Positions 25,410 to 39,758 of a stretch of 64,000 nucleotides of DNA are shown in pieces; the stretch's first letter is position 1, and each line of letters begins with the position of its first letter. The DNA is taken from the NCBI GenBank assembly GCA_964016885.1, contig OZ024740.1:67270001-67334000 (forward strand). Direction: 5' to 3'. The position numbers were made by a program, and so were the translations under genes. This DNA comes from Eledone cirrhosa. Taxonomy: Eukaryota. The notes under the pieces are model-generated. The model was given only the letters and a program-made list of their open reading frames with translations, did no database searches and was not told where the DNA came from.

Positions 25410-26593
25410 GATTAATATTAAGAAAAATTAATAATAAGAAGAGTTAAAATTTGAGATTTGAAAATTCAAGTATAAAATTCAGTGTGGGATTTCATAGTAG
25501 TTTTCATCTTGGTAGCAGCAAGTTGACTGCTGTGTGTCCCTTTCTGGTAGTGAATGAGGAGTTATTTGTGGGGAGTGGTTTTTTTTAAGGTCAGATTTAG
25601 CAATGGCCAGATGGCCAGCTGCTGGTCAGTGAGGAGGTGGAAGCAATATACATACATATATCTCCATGTGGTCGGTAGGAGAGGGGAGAGTGATAGAAAT
25701 GGAGTTAGTGCACTTACACCTATATATACACATACCCTCATCCACACACACATACATATACATATACATACATATATATATATATATATACACACACATA
25801 CATACACACACACACATACATATACATACACACATACACACATATACACATACACACACATACATATACACACACACACATATATATACACATACACATA
25901 CATCCAGATACACACATACATACAGACACACACACACACACACGTACATACACACACATATATATATATATATATATATGTACATACATATATATATATA
26001 TATATACACACACACATACATACACACACATATACATACACACATACAAACACACACACACACACATATATATGTATACACACACACACATACATACACA
26101 CACACATACACATACATACATACATCCACATGCACACACATACACACACACACATACACATACATACATCCACATGCACACACATACACACACACACACA
26201 CACACATACATACACCCACACACATAGAGAAATGGCCTCCAAATATATATATATACATACATACAGATATATTTTTTCCATAATATAAGAAGTTAGAACA
26301 GTGAAATTAAAATACAAGTCATTATGATCACATTGAGTTCTTCATGTAGATTGGGCCCCGCAACCGACAGTGGTGAATTCTGTGTGCGCATATATATATA
26401 GATATATGTGTGTGCAGGTGCAGGGTTTAACATGGATGTGTTGGTCACACAAAGGCATGGTCTGTCAACGAATAAACCTGATTCTACAGAATTGGTCTCT
26501 GGTCTTTAATAGTAGTGATAATTATATACATGCGCACATACACGCACATATCTGTCACTCCGTGCGTATGTGTGTTTATATTTTATGACAATT

Positions 26594-27394
26594 CTATTGG
26601 GGTGATAACCCGTTTAGTTTTGGTTTAAATTTGTTAAGGAATAGATTTTCTTTGTTTATTCTTTGTTGCTGTGTGAACGAATCTAAGCACTTGTAGCAGG
26701 GGAAGATTTTAAAGTTGGGTAGTGTCATTCCTGCGCAGTTCGCAATATGGCTGCTCAAGGGGATTTTTCTTGTGTTAGCGTCCCGGATTCGTTGGCGGTG
26801 GATGGTCATTCTTTTGCGTAATGAGGTGCCCGTCTGTCCTATGTAGTTGTGTTTGCACCCACCGCAAGTTATTGCGTAAATCAAGTTCTCCGAGTTGCAG
26901 GTGAAATTGTTTTTTACTGTAAATGTTTGGCCATCTTTAAATGTAAATGTTTCTCCTTCAGTGAGGTAGAGGCACATTCCACAGTTTGTTCTACTACATT
27001 TGGTAACTGTAGGGTTGAGGATTGGTTTGGGTATATTTGGTCCAGTGAGAATGCGTTTTAGTGATTTGGGTTGTCTTTTACTTTTAAGGATCTTGTGTGT
27101 TTCAAGAATAGACTTCATTTTTACATCTTTAAGTAGGATGGGGAGGTTTTTGTGTAGGTGATCAAACATTTCGGTACTTCTGGGGTTGAAAGTGGATATA
27201 TATGGCAGGGTGTTGAGTGTGGTTTTCTGTTTTGGATTGTTAAGTTGATGGGGATTTAGGTGTTTTGCCCTGTCTATTCCATTGTTGATTATTTCAAGTG
27301 GAAAGGCTCTTAAGATAAGGGTGTCTTTTAGTTCCTTTAGTCTTTGCTCCCGTTTAGGTGGATCTGATACTATGGTACATATACGTTTGGCCAA
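26594..27394 (-). CDS. PLE RT thumb / Cys linker / GIY-YIG endonuclease, split from the RT by a duplication
   Basis: KCSRTNCGMC linker; FTCNSENLIYAITCGGCKHNYIGQT..RMTIHR..H..ENLFLNKFKPKLN. Confidence 0.9.
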   Translation of the reverse strand: MAKRICTIVSDPPKREQRLKELKDTLILRAFPLEIINNGIDRAKHLNPHQLNNPKQKTTLNTLPYISTFNPRSTEMFDHLHKNLPILLKDVKMKSILETHKILKSKRQPKSLKRILTGPNIPKPILNPTVTKCSRTNCGMCLYLTEGETFTFKDGQTFTVKNNFTCNSENLIYAITCGGCKHNYIGQTGTSLRKRMTIHRQRIRDANTRKIPLSSHIANCAGMTLPNFKIFPCYKCLDSFTQQQRINKENLFLNKFKPKLNGLSPQ

Positions 27395-28052
27395 ATTGTA
27401 AGGAATGTTAAGTTTTGTATGTTTTGGGTGACTTGATGTGAAAAAGAGGTATTGCTTGGAATCTGTGGGTTTATAGAATATATCTGTATCTAATCTTTAA
27501 ATGTAAATGTTTCTCCTTCAGTGAGGTAGAGGCACATTCCACAGTTTGTTCTACTACATTTGGTAACTGTAGGGTTGAGGATTGGTTTGGGTATATTTGG
27601 TCCAGTGAGAATGCGTTTTAGTGATTTGGGTTGTCTTTTACTTTTAAGGATCTTGTGTGTTTCAAGAATAGACTTCATTTTTACATCTTTAAGTAGGATG
27701 GGGAGGTTTTTGTGTAGGTGATCAAACATTTCGGTACTTCTGGGGTTGAAAGTGGATATATATGGCAGGGTGTTGAGTGTGGTTTTCTGTTTTGGATTGT
27801 TAAGTTGATGGGGATTTAGGTGTTTTGCCCTGTCTATTCCATTGTTGATTATTTCAAGTGGAAAGGCTCTTAAGATAAGGGTGTCTTTTAGTTCCTTTAG
27901 TCTTTGCTCCCGTTTAGGTGGATCTGATACTATGGTACATATACGTTTGGCCAAATTGTAAGGAATGTTAAGTTTTGTATGTTTTGGGTGACTTGATGTG
28001 AAAAAGAGGTATTGCTTGGAATCTGTGGGTTTATAGAATATATCTGTATCTA
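26933..28052. repeat. 560-bp tandem duplication inside the PLE ORF
   Basis: 26933-27492 matches 27493-28052 with no differences seen. 560 is not a multiple of 3, which produces the stop at 27490. Confidence 0.95.
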
Positions 28053-29592
28053 ATTTCCCGTCTATTACAGAGATGAGAATATCCAAGAAGGCTAATTCCT
28101 TGGGATTGGATTCCATTGTGAATTGCATGTTATTATCTATGTTGTTTATCATGTTTTTAAACATAGTAAGTGAGTTCATGTCTTCTTGCCATAGGATAAA
28201 GCAGTCGTCTAGATATCTTTTCCAATTGGCTTTGAGGTGTGTGTGGAAAGAGTCTCCAAATAAGAGAAGGGACTGACTATATATTTGATGTTCCTGGAAT
28301 CCCATGACTAGGTTGGCATATGTGGGTGCTACTTTCGTGCCCATTGCAGTACCTGATACTTGTCTGTATGTTGAACCATTGAATGTGAAGTAGTTATTTT
28401 GTAGGATAAAGCGGAGTCCGTCATTGATAAAATCTTTATTGATGCGTGTCGGTATTTCTGATGGGTGTGTGTTAAGCCAGTATTGGACTGCTGTTATTCC
28501 ATAGTTGTGGGGTATGTTTGTATAGAGGTTTATTACGTCAAAGGAGACAAGAATTGTATTTGCACTTACTGTTTTAGGGAGGTGTTTCAGCATGTCAAGG
28601 TCATCTCGTATGTAGCTCTGTATATGTTGTAGAAAGGGTTTCAGTAGGATGTCCAGAAAGTTGCTAAGTCTGTGGGTTTCACATGTAGGGCCTGCTATAA
28701 TTGGCCTGAGTTTTAGGTCTTCTGGTGTTGTTAGTTCAATGTAATTGTTGGTTGAGGTGTCACATGCATCGTTTAGGGGTTTACATTTGTGGAGTTTCGG
28801 TAAGCCGTAAAAGGCGCTTGTATTGCATTTGAAGTGGCTTATATAGTTAAACTCGTTTGTGGTTAAGCTGTTGCGGTATTTATTCAGTAAGGTCAAAAGG
28901 TTCCCCATTGTTTTGGTGTGTTTGTAGTTTTCTGTTTTTTCATAGTATGTGTTTTTTTCTAAAATGTTAAGTGCGAGGGTCCTATAGTAGTCCGTATTCA
29001 TAATGACAACAGTACTGCCTTTATCGGCTTCTTTGATGGTTATCTCAGGGTTGTTTCTAAGTATGAATAATTCTTCCCATTCGTGTGTAGATAGGTTTGA
29101 TTTCGTGTGTTTATTTGTAATTTTTTCATACGGAAAGTTGGTGATGTGTTCGCAGTACGTGTCCAGTGCTTTATTTCTTCCCTTTTGTGGGCAGAAATTG
29201 CTTTTTTTTCTACCCAGTGATTCGTCTTCAGTGTTGGTGTCGTTGTGGAAGAATTCCGTTAGTCGCAGCTTTCGGCAGAATTCTATGATGTCATCCTTCA
29301 TTTCGGGGAAGTTTGGTTTACGTGGTGTAGGTGTAAATTTCAGGCCCTTACTTAAAATGTTGATTTGTGTGTTGGTTAGAGGTGTCTTTGAGAGGTTGAT
29401 TATTTTTGGTTTCTCCTGAGAGGGGGGGGGGGGCATCGAGTATCCTGGTATTTCAGGCTTTTCCCTAAAAAAGGAATGTAGTTTTGTGTGATTATATTTT
29501 GTTGGTATGTTGCGTGTGGGTCTGTAGCTTGTTGTTTCATGAGGGTGAATGTGATGGTGGGGGTAGTATGTGCTGTGGTTGTTAATGAGCAA
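27490..29592 (-). CDS. Penelope-like reverse transcriptase (700 aa)
   Basis: KGLKFTPTP, IKEADKGSTVVIM, FYGLPKLHK, LRPIIAG, SFDVINLYTNIP, GTAMGTKVAPTYANL, WKRYLDDCF, FLDI, YKPTD..HP. Confidence 0.97.
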   Translation of the reverse strand: MLINNHSTYYPHHHIHPHETTSYRPTRNIPTKYNHTKLHSFFREKPEIPGYSMPPPPSQEKPKIINLSKTPLTNTQINILSKGLKFTPTPRKPNFPEMKDDIIEFCRKLRLTEFFHNDTNTEDESLGRKKSNFCPQKGRNKALDTYCEHITNFPYEKITNKHTKSNLSTHEWEELFILRNNPEITIKEADKGSTVVIMNTDYYRTLALNILEKNTYYEKTENYKHTKTMGNLLTLLNKYRNSLTTNEFNYISHFKCNTSAFYGLPKLHKCKPLNDACDTSTNNYIELTTPEDLKLRPIIAGPTCETHRLSNFLDILLKPFLQHIQSYIRDDLDMLKHLPKTVSANTILVSFDVINLYTNIPHNYGITAVQYWLNTHPSEIPTRINKDFINDGLRFILQNNYFTFNGSTYRQVSGTAMGTKVAPTYANLVMGFQEHQIYSQSLLLFGDSFHTHLKANWKRYLDDCFILWQEDMNSLTMFKNMINNIDNNMQFTMESNPKELAFLDILISVIDGKLDTDIFYKPTDSKQYLFFTSSHPKHTKLNIPYNLAKRICTIVSDPPKREQRLKELKDTLILRAFPLEIINNGIDRAKHLNPHQLNNPKQKTTLNTLPYISTFNPRSTEMFDHLHKNLPILLKDVKMKSILETHKILKSKRQPKSLKRILTGPNIPKPILNPTVTKCSRTNCGMCLYLTEGETFTFKD

Positions 29593-30162
29593 GGGTTCTG
29601 TTGTTGTTTCATGTGGTCTGGGTGCGTTATTTCTGTGGTACAGAGTGTTGAGGTTGGGGGTTTGTCTTTTGTTGGATTGAGGGTGATGTCTAGTGTGGTT
29701 GTGGGTAAGTTATGTTTTGATTTCAAGTGGTCTGGGTGGATTTCTTCTGAGGAATGTGGTGTGTGTGTTGTGAGTTGGATCTATGTTATTTCGTCGTTGG
29801 TTTATGTAGGTGTTATTTCTACGGAAACCTGTGTTGTGGTGGTTGGGTGTGTTTCTTTTGGTGTAGTTGGCCGTATTTGGTTTGTGTTGGTGGGGGATGT
29901 GCCTGTGGTTAGTGTGGAGTTTTCTTTCTGGTTCAGGTTCGTTTGTAATATGCTTTGTTTGGAATTTACGTGGTAAAACTATCGGTGTTGAGTTAATCCA
30001 TTTCTGGTAAATTCCAGCTTTGTTGAGGTTATTTATCATATTCCAGAAAGTGAATTTTCTGGTTTTTAGATGTTTTTTCCAGAGGTGTCCCATTTGTTTT
30101 TTGATATGGAGCAATGTTTTCTGTTCTGTTTTGGTATTCATAAGTTTTTCGATGGAGTTGCA

Positions 30163-30231
<69 letters not shown>

Positions 30232-30233
<2 letters not shown>

Positions 30234-30893
30234 CTGTTGCTCGCACCAACCGGAGGTATATGATTTTTAAAGCGATGAAATACCAATGAAGGTTGGAATA
30301 TCACTGACGAAGGACTATTTTTATCATTTGTAACCCATGTGCAGCCACGCAGTATTCTTTCTTCTCATGTTTTTTTATATATATTTTCCTCGGCTGCGTT
30401 TGTCTGTTTCTCTCTTACTGCTTCCCCGCTCTCTATGTTTCTTTCACATTCTTTCGCCCCCTCTGTCAGTTACACTTTCTCTCGAATGGCCTCTTCCTCG
30501 CACTTCCACTCACTCACTCTCTGTTTCTCCCCTTCTCACTTCCTCCCGTTTGGCCTGTAGTGGGTTCTCTTTTTGCTCCCATCTCACTCACGTCAGATGG
30601 TCTGTAACTCGCTCGCTCATGAAATCCAGCCAGTTTAAGCTGACTGGATTCCCATGCTGCTTGTTTTTTCCTATCTTGGCGTTGCTATCATCCTTCTATG
30701 TTTGTTTACTTGTCTCGCTCGCTTTACGCGATTTACTTGTCCCAATAGCTTTATTTAGCTATTGCTCGCACCAACCGGAGGTATATGACTTTTAAAGCGA
30801 TGAAATACCAATGAACGTTGGAAAATCACTGACGAAGGACTATTTTTATCATATGTAACCCATGTGCAACCACGCAGTATTCTTTCTTCTCAT

Positions 30894-30895
<2 letters not shown>
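30232..30895 (+). mobile_element. Non-coding 525-bp partial tandem repeat, subfamily B, with two reversed-order HHR cores (30241-30311, 30766-30836)
   Basis: tcgca ccaacc gga ggtat A tgattt ttaa agcga t GAA atacc aatgaa ggttgg a atatca CTGACGA a. (TA)n on both sides. Confidence 0.88.
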
Positions 30896-30954
<59 letters not shown>

Positions 30955-30978
30955 TATGTATATGTATATATATGTATG

Positions 30979-32992
<2,014 letters not shown>

Positions 32993-33812
32993 TATATATA
33001 TATGTGTGTCTGTGTTTGTGACCAGTGTATATACGTATACGCACGCAGCTATATATATGGGCCTTCCAATTTCATTTTACATTTTTATACATGTCTGTGT
33101 ATATTTTAACTATTCGAAAATTATTTTTAAGTGAACATGATTTATAAAAAAAATATTTTTTATAGGAACGTGACTCAATGGGACACGGCTGGTCTAGTAT
33201 ATATATATAGCACCCATAAAGAAACATATATATAGTGCCCGTAAATAAACCCATAAATAGCGCTTATGCACAGACGACCACATCTATGCACAAACTTCTC
33301 AAGCAGATCCCAGAAGAAACCAGAAACGCACACAGAAATAGCTCTTATTGATGCAATTGAGCTGACAGTTTCATGCCAAATCCACACATGGCACCATTTG
33401 ACAAAACAAAATAAATATCACATGTAACTATTACATTAGCAGCTCATATTGCACCTACCCAAGCTGCACACCCAAACCTTCAGCTACATACATCTACTAT
33501 TAAATAGGTATGTACCACAAAATCTTTTGCGATACCAGCATTAAAACGACAACACCAATCCTAGCACTCCATTACAGAAATATATCTTAATGCACGCGAA
33601 GAGCCCTTACGACTCCCTTGGTACACATATACGTGACCAAGACAAACATAGGGCCATTACATTGTATAATGAATAGTAATCTCCCACTCAACCTATTCCA
33701 CTATAAATACATAAAATATTATCACCACCACTATCGCCGTATTACTAAGAAATGTGGATATTTAAAATAAATCAAATCAATGTTAAGGTAATTTAAGTGT
33801 TAGCTTAGTTAA

Positions 33813-34727
33813 TCTATATATATAAAACTGAGGATGTCTGTGTGTGTGTGAGTTTGAATCCCTAAAACTCGAGAACCACCAAACCGACTCTTTTCAAACT
33901 TTACACATGTAATACTTATGTTTCAGGGAGTGTTTTGTGCAAAAAGAATTTCAATTTTTCAATGCCCTAGGGACCGCATTAGGCGATTTAGCAATCTCTC
34001 TCTATAATTCTTAGTCTTTCTCTTTTTAGATAGATACATACATATAACATCGTGCCCTTATAATATCTGTCTGTATGTCTGACTGTCTGCACTACGTCAC
34101 TTCCCTGAGGATGTCTGTATGTGTGTGTGTGTGTGCCTGTTGGTTTCAATCCCTAACACTCGAGAAGTACCCAGCCGACTTTTTTCAAACTTGACATGTG
34201 AATTACTTATGTTTCAGGGACTGTTATGCAGATAAAAAATCAACTTTTTGATCCATTAGTTTAAAAACGGCGTTTTTTCAGCTTTTTGGGGGCTTTTTGA
34301 GTCGTTAAGTCAGACTGATTTCCTTGAAATTGTAACTATGTATTAGTCAGTCTCTTCTTCATACCGTGAGCAAAGAAAATCCAACTTTTTTATTGCCTAG
34401 GGCCCGCATTAGGTGAAAAACTTCATTTTTTTCAGCTTTTTAGGGCTTCTTTGAGGTGTTAGGTCTAGTCGATTTTTCCCGAAATTTCAAGGCATGATAT
34501 GCACATAAAAAAAATTCATTTTCTTGATTCCCGAGGGCACGCATTAGGTGAAAGCTTGCATTTTTCCTGCTTCATCGAGGAAAATCTTAAAGATTATCCA
34601 GCCATCAGTGTATTCAGTTTATTTTCTTTACATATTGTCCACGCATGCAGTTTTTCCACGATTAGGTCAGCTGGCGGGCCGCGTTCCAAAATAGTTTATC
34701 CCGTGCAACGCCGGATACCACAGCTAG
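33813..34727 (+). mobile_element. Non-autonomous Helitron
   Basis: Starts TC after A (a|TCtatatatataaaa), has an internal sub-repeat (33829/34106), subterminal hairpin tatcc..ggata, and ends CTAG|t. Confidence 0.8.
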
Positions 34728-35245
34728 TAGTAAATAAAGTTGAACGAAAAAAATACACTATATTTTACTTTAATACCACCGGCTGGTTGGTCTTTGTTTT
34801 TTAAGATAACTAATTAATAAGTCGTGATTTCGTTGACAGATACATTTAATTCGCCAATATGTGAATTTAGACAATTCTTTAATTTGGGTGATCGGCTCAT
34901 AAGTCTGACGCCAATTATATAGTCCTGCTGTCTGAAGGAATAGATAAACATGCGTGAAGGCACATCATAATGTATTTTCGATAAATATAAATCCACCCCC
35001 TTCCCCACGATTATTCTATTTCAATTGACCAGGGAGATACACTCGAATGCGCAAATTTACAATTTGGACAATATAGCTAGTAAACCACCAAGTCCTTCGG
35101 CAAGCAGTCTCGAACTAGCTATTTAAATGACAACAGGTCAGCTGTAGGGTCCTGAGTCTTTATAATATAACCATACTATAATACCCCAAATATCTAGTAC
35201 TCTGTTGTGCAATTGTCTAACCACTTTCAAACTGATCCCATCCTG

Positions 35246-35384
<139 letters not shown>

Positions 35385-35503
35385 AACCAGTAAGACCCCG
35401 ACAGCTGAGCTCAAGCCGTTTCGACAGCTAATTCTGGACTACCTCAAGTATTGAGTACTTTGGTGCGTTATGGTCCACCCGGTTCCTTACCACATTTCCT
35501 TCG

Positions 35504-35562
<59 letters not shown>

Positions 35563-35566
35563 ATAC

Positions 35567-38500
35567 AAATTGGAATAAATGCTCTGAAATAGCGATATAT
35601 ATGTGAATATAGACATAGAATATTCGAAAATATTCTGTATGTTTATAATAAACATTTTGAAGACCTAATCGCTATAGAATAGAATACGTCACGTATTACA
35701 ATTAGATTCTCGATAAAAGCAAGGGAAGTAATCTACGCGTTTCATTCTTGTTAGAAATCATCAGGACTACATATCCAGTGCTTTTATCGAGAATGACACA
35801 GCTAGAGACTTATAGAATACTTAGCTGTGTACAGGAACTGGTTTGAAAGAGCGGTTGCCGGTCCGGCAGAAATTAGAAATTGGAATAAATGCTCTGAAAT
35901 AGCGATATATATGTGAATATAGACATAGAATATTCGAAAATATTCTGTATGTTTATAATAAACATTTTGAAGACCTAATCGCTATAGAATAGAATACGTC
36001 ACGTATTACAATTAGATTCTCGATAAAAGCAAGGGAAGTAATCTACGCGTTTCATTCTTGTTAGAAATCATCAGGACTACATATCCAGTGCTTTTATCGA
36101 GAATGACACAGCTAGAGACTTATAGAATACTTAGCTGTGTACAGGAACTGGTTTGAAAGAGCGGTTGCCGGTCCGGCAGAAATTAGAAATTGGAATAAAT
36201 GCTCTGAAATAGCGATATATATGTGAATATAGACATAGAATATTCGAAAATATTCTGTATGTTTATAATAAACATTTTGAAGACCTAATCGCTATAGAAT
36301 AGAATACGTCACGTATTACAATTAGATTCTCGATAAAAGCAAGGGAAGTAATCTACGCGTTTCATTCTTGTTAGAAATCATCAGGACTACATATCCAGTG
36401 CTTTTATCGAGAATGACACAGCTAGAGACTTATAGAATACTTAGCTGTGTACAGGAACTGGTTTGAAAGAGCGGTTGCCGGTCCGGCAGAAATTAAAATT
36501 GGAATAAATGCTCTGAAATAGCGATATATATGTGAATATAGACATAGAATATTCGAAAATATTCTGTATGTTTATAATAAACATTTTGAAGACCTAATCG
36601 CTATAGAATAGAATACGTCACGTATTACAATTAGATTCTCGATAAAAGCAAGCGAAGTAATCTACGCGTTTCATTCTTGTTAGAAATCATCAGGACTACA
36701 TATCCAGTGCTTTTATCGAGAATGACACAGCTAGAGACTTATAGAATACTTAGCTGTGTACAGGAACTGGTTTGAAAGAGCGGTTGCCGGTCCGGCAGAA
36801 ATTAGAAATTGGAATAAATGCTCTGAAATAGCGATATATATGTGAATATAGACATAGAATATTCGAAAATATTCTGTAGTTTATAATAAACATTTTGAAG
36901 ACCTAATCGCTATAGAATAGAATACGTCACGTATTACAATTAGATTCTCGATAAAAGCAAGGGAAGTAATCTACGCGTTTCATTCTTGTTAGAAATCATC
37001 AGGACTACATATCCAGTGCTTTTATCGAGAATGACACAGCTAGATATGACACAGCTAGGATATGTATTCCTGATGATTTCTAACAAGAATGAAACGCGTA
37101 GATTACTTCCCTTGCTTTTATCGAGAATCTAATTGTAATACGTGACGTATTCTATTCTATAGCGATTAGGTCTTCAAAATGTTTATTATAAACATACAGA
37201 ATATTTTCGAATATTCTATGTCTATATTCACATATATATCGCTATTTCAGAGCATTTATTCCAATTTCTAATTTCTGCCGGACCGGCAACCGCTCTTTCA
37301 AACCAGTTCCTGTACACAGCTAAGTATTCTATAAGTCTCTAGCTGTGTCATTCTCGATAAAAGCACTGGATATGTAGTCCTGATGATTTCTAACAAGAAT
37401 GAAACGCGTAGATTACTTCCCTTGCTTTTATCGAGAATCTAATTGTAATACGTGACGTATTCTATTCTATAGCGATTAGGTCTTCAAAATGTTTATTATA
37501 AACATACAGAATATTTTCGAATATTCTATGTCTATATTCACATATATATCGCTATTTCAGAGCATTTATTCCAATTTCTAATTTCTGCCGGACCGGCAAC
37601 CGCTCTTTCAAACCAGTTCCTGTACACAGCTAAGTATTCTATAAGTCTCTAGCTGTGTCATTCTCGATAAAAGCACTGGATATGTAGTCCTGATGATTTC
37701 TAACAAGAATGAAACGCGTAGATTACTTCCCTTGCTTTTATCGAGAATCTAATTGTAATACGTGACGTATTCTATTCTATAGCGATTAGGTCTTCAAAAT
37801 GTTTATTATAAACATACAGAATATTTTCGAATATTCTATGTCTATATTCACATATATATCGCTATTTCAGAGCATTTATTCCAATTTCTAATTTCTGCCG
37901 GACCGGCAACCGCTCTTTCAAACCAGTTCCTGTACACAGCTAAGTATTCTATAAGTCTCTAGCTGTGTCATTCTCGATAAAAGCACTGGATATGTAGTCC
38001 TGATGATTTCTAACAAGAATGAAACGCGTAGATTACTTCCCTTGCTTTTATCGAGAATCTAATTGTAATACGTGACGTATTCTATTCTATAGCGATTAGG
38101 TCTTCAAAATGTTTATTATAAACATACAGAATATTTTCGAATATTCTATGTCTATATTCACATATATATCGCTATTTCAGAGCATTTATTCCAATTTCTA
38201 ATTTCTGCCGGACCGGCAACCGCTCTTTCAAACCAGTTCCTGTACACAGCTAAGTATTCTATAAGTCTCTAGCTGTGTCATTCTCGATAAAAGCACTGGA
38301 TATGTAGTCCTGATGATTTCTAACAAGAATGAAACGCGTAGATTACTTCCCTTGCTTTTATCGAGAATCTAATTGTAATACGTGACGTATTCTATTCTAT
38401 AGCGATTAGGTCTTCAAAATGTTTATTATAAACATACAGAATATTTTCGAATATTCTATGTCTATATTCACATATATATCGCTATTTCAGAGCATTTATT

Positions 38501-39400
38501 CCAATTTCTAATTTCTGCCGGACCGGCAACCGCTCTTTCAAACCAGTTCCTGTACACAGCTAAGTATTCTATAAGTCTCTAGCTGTGTCATTCTCGATAA
38601 AAGCACTGGATATGTAGTCCTGATGATTTCTAACAAGAATGAAACGCGTAGATTACTTCCCTTGCTTTTATCGAGAATCTAATTGTAATACGTGACGTAT
38701 TCTATTCTATAGCGATTAGGTCTTCAAAATGTTTATTATAAACATACAGAATATTTTCGAATATTCTATGTCTATATTCACATATATATCGCTATTTCAG
38801 AGCATTTATTCCAATTTCTAATTTCTGCCGGACCGGCAACCGCTCTTTCAAACCAGTTCCTGTACACAGCTAAGTATTCTATAAGTCTCTAGCTGTGTCA
38901 TTCTCGATAAAAGCACTGGATATGTAGTCCTGATGATTTCTAACAAGAATGAAACGCGTAGATTACTTCCCTTGCTTTTATCGAGAATCTAATTGTAATA
39001 CGTGACGTATTCTATTCTATAGCGATTAGGTCTTCAAAATGTTTATTATAAACATACAGAATATTTTCGAATATTCTATGTCTATATTCACATATATATC
39101 GCTATTTCAGAGCATTTATTCCAATTTCTAATTTCTGCCGGACCGGCAACCGCTCTTTCAAACCAGTTCCTGTACACAGCTAAGTATTCTATAAGTCTCT
39201 AGCTGTGTCATTCTCGATAAAAGCACTGGATATGTAGTCCTGATGATTTCTAACAAGAATGAAACGCGTAGATTACTTCCCTTGCTTTTATCGAGAATCT
39301 AATTGTAATACGTGACGTATTCTATTCTATAGCGATTAGGTCTTCAAAATGTTTATTATAAACATACAGAATATTTTCGAATATTCTATGTCTATATTCA
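35567..39400. repeat. 310-bp tandem array, one type I HHR per unit (non-LTR retrozyme-like), orientation switch near 37050
   Basis: Unit starts at 35571, 35881, 36191, 36500, 36810 (HHR on -). CTGATGA on + at 37070, 37380, 37690, 38000, 38310, 38620, 38930, 39240. Units are almost identical. Confidence 0.95.
37374..37416 (+). ncRNA. Minimal type I hammerhead of the 310-bp unit (representative copy)
   Basis: gtagtc CTGATGA t ttct aaca agaa t GAAA cgcg TA gattac. Palindromic stem III ACGCGT; stem I extended by attctcgataaaagca/tgcttttatcgagaat. Confidence 0.88.
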
Positions 39401-39434
39401 TATATATATACATATATATAAAATATATATATAT

Positions 39435-39568
39435 TTCGTTTCTGAATTTGTTTAGCAAGATTCTTTATCTGAAAACGTGTGTTGAAACCGATATTGTTAT
39501 ACTTTGGCAGGGTCATGTTGCCAATAAGAAAAAAACGCACCAGTTGCTTTCACTCCAATTTATTATAG

Positions 39569-39570
<2 letters not shown>
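39435..39570 (-). mobile_element. Family D pLTR 3'-end fragment
   Basis: Matches 14548-14675 and 43768-43905. Confidence 0.85.
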
Positions 39571-39614
<44 letters not shown>

Positions 39615-39615
39615 C

Positions 39616-39717
<102 letters not shown>

Positions 39718-39758
39718 CATATACATATATAACGTAACGTTATTATGTAATGAAGCTG

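Larger units (their letters stand above)
25258..30166 (-). mobile_element. Near full-length PLE (Neptune-like) with 3' UTR/pLTR
   Basis: RT and GIY-YIG ORFs, frameshifted N-terminus up to ~30160, and a 1.3-kb 3' region shared with 60265-61580. Flanked by (TA)n/(GA)n. Confidence 0.95.

Noticed and set aside
26594-29592. Selenocysteine-recoding (Naiad-type) PLE
   Set aside because: EN is C-terminal and the ORFs are open without in-frame TGA. The break comes from the 560-bp duplication.
35567-39400. CRISPR array or centromeric satellite
   Set aside because: There are no unique spacers or cas genes, and whole 310-bp units repeat. One HHR per unit and PLE-like inversion fit a retro-derived array better.
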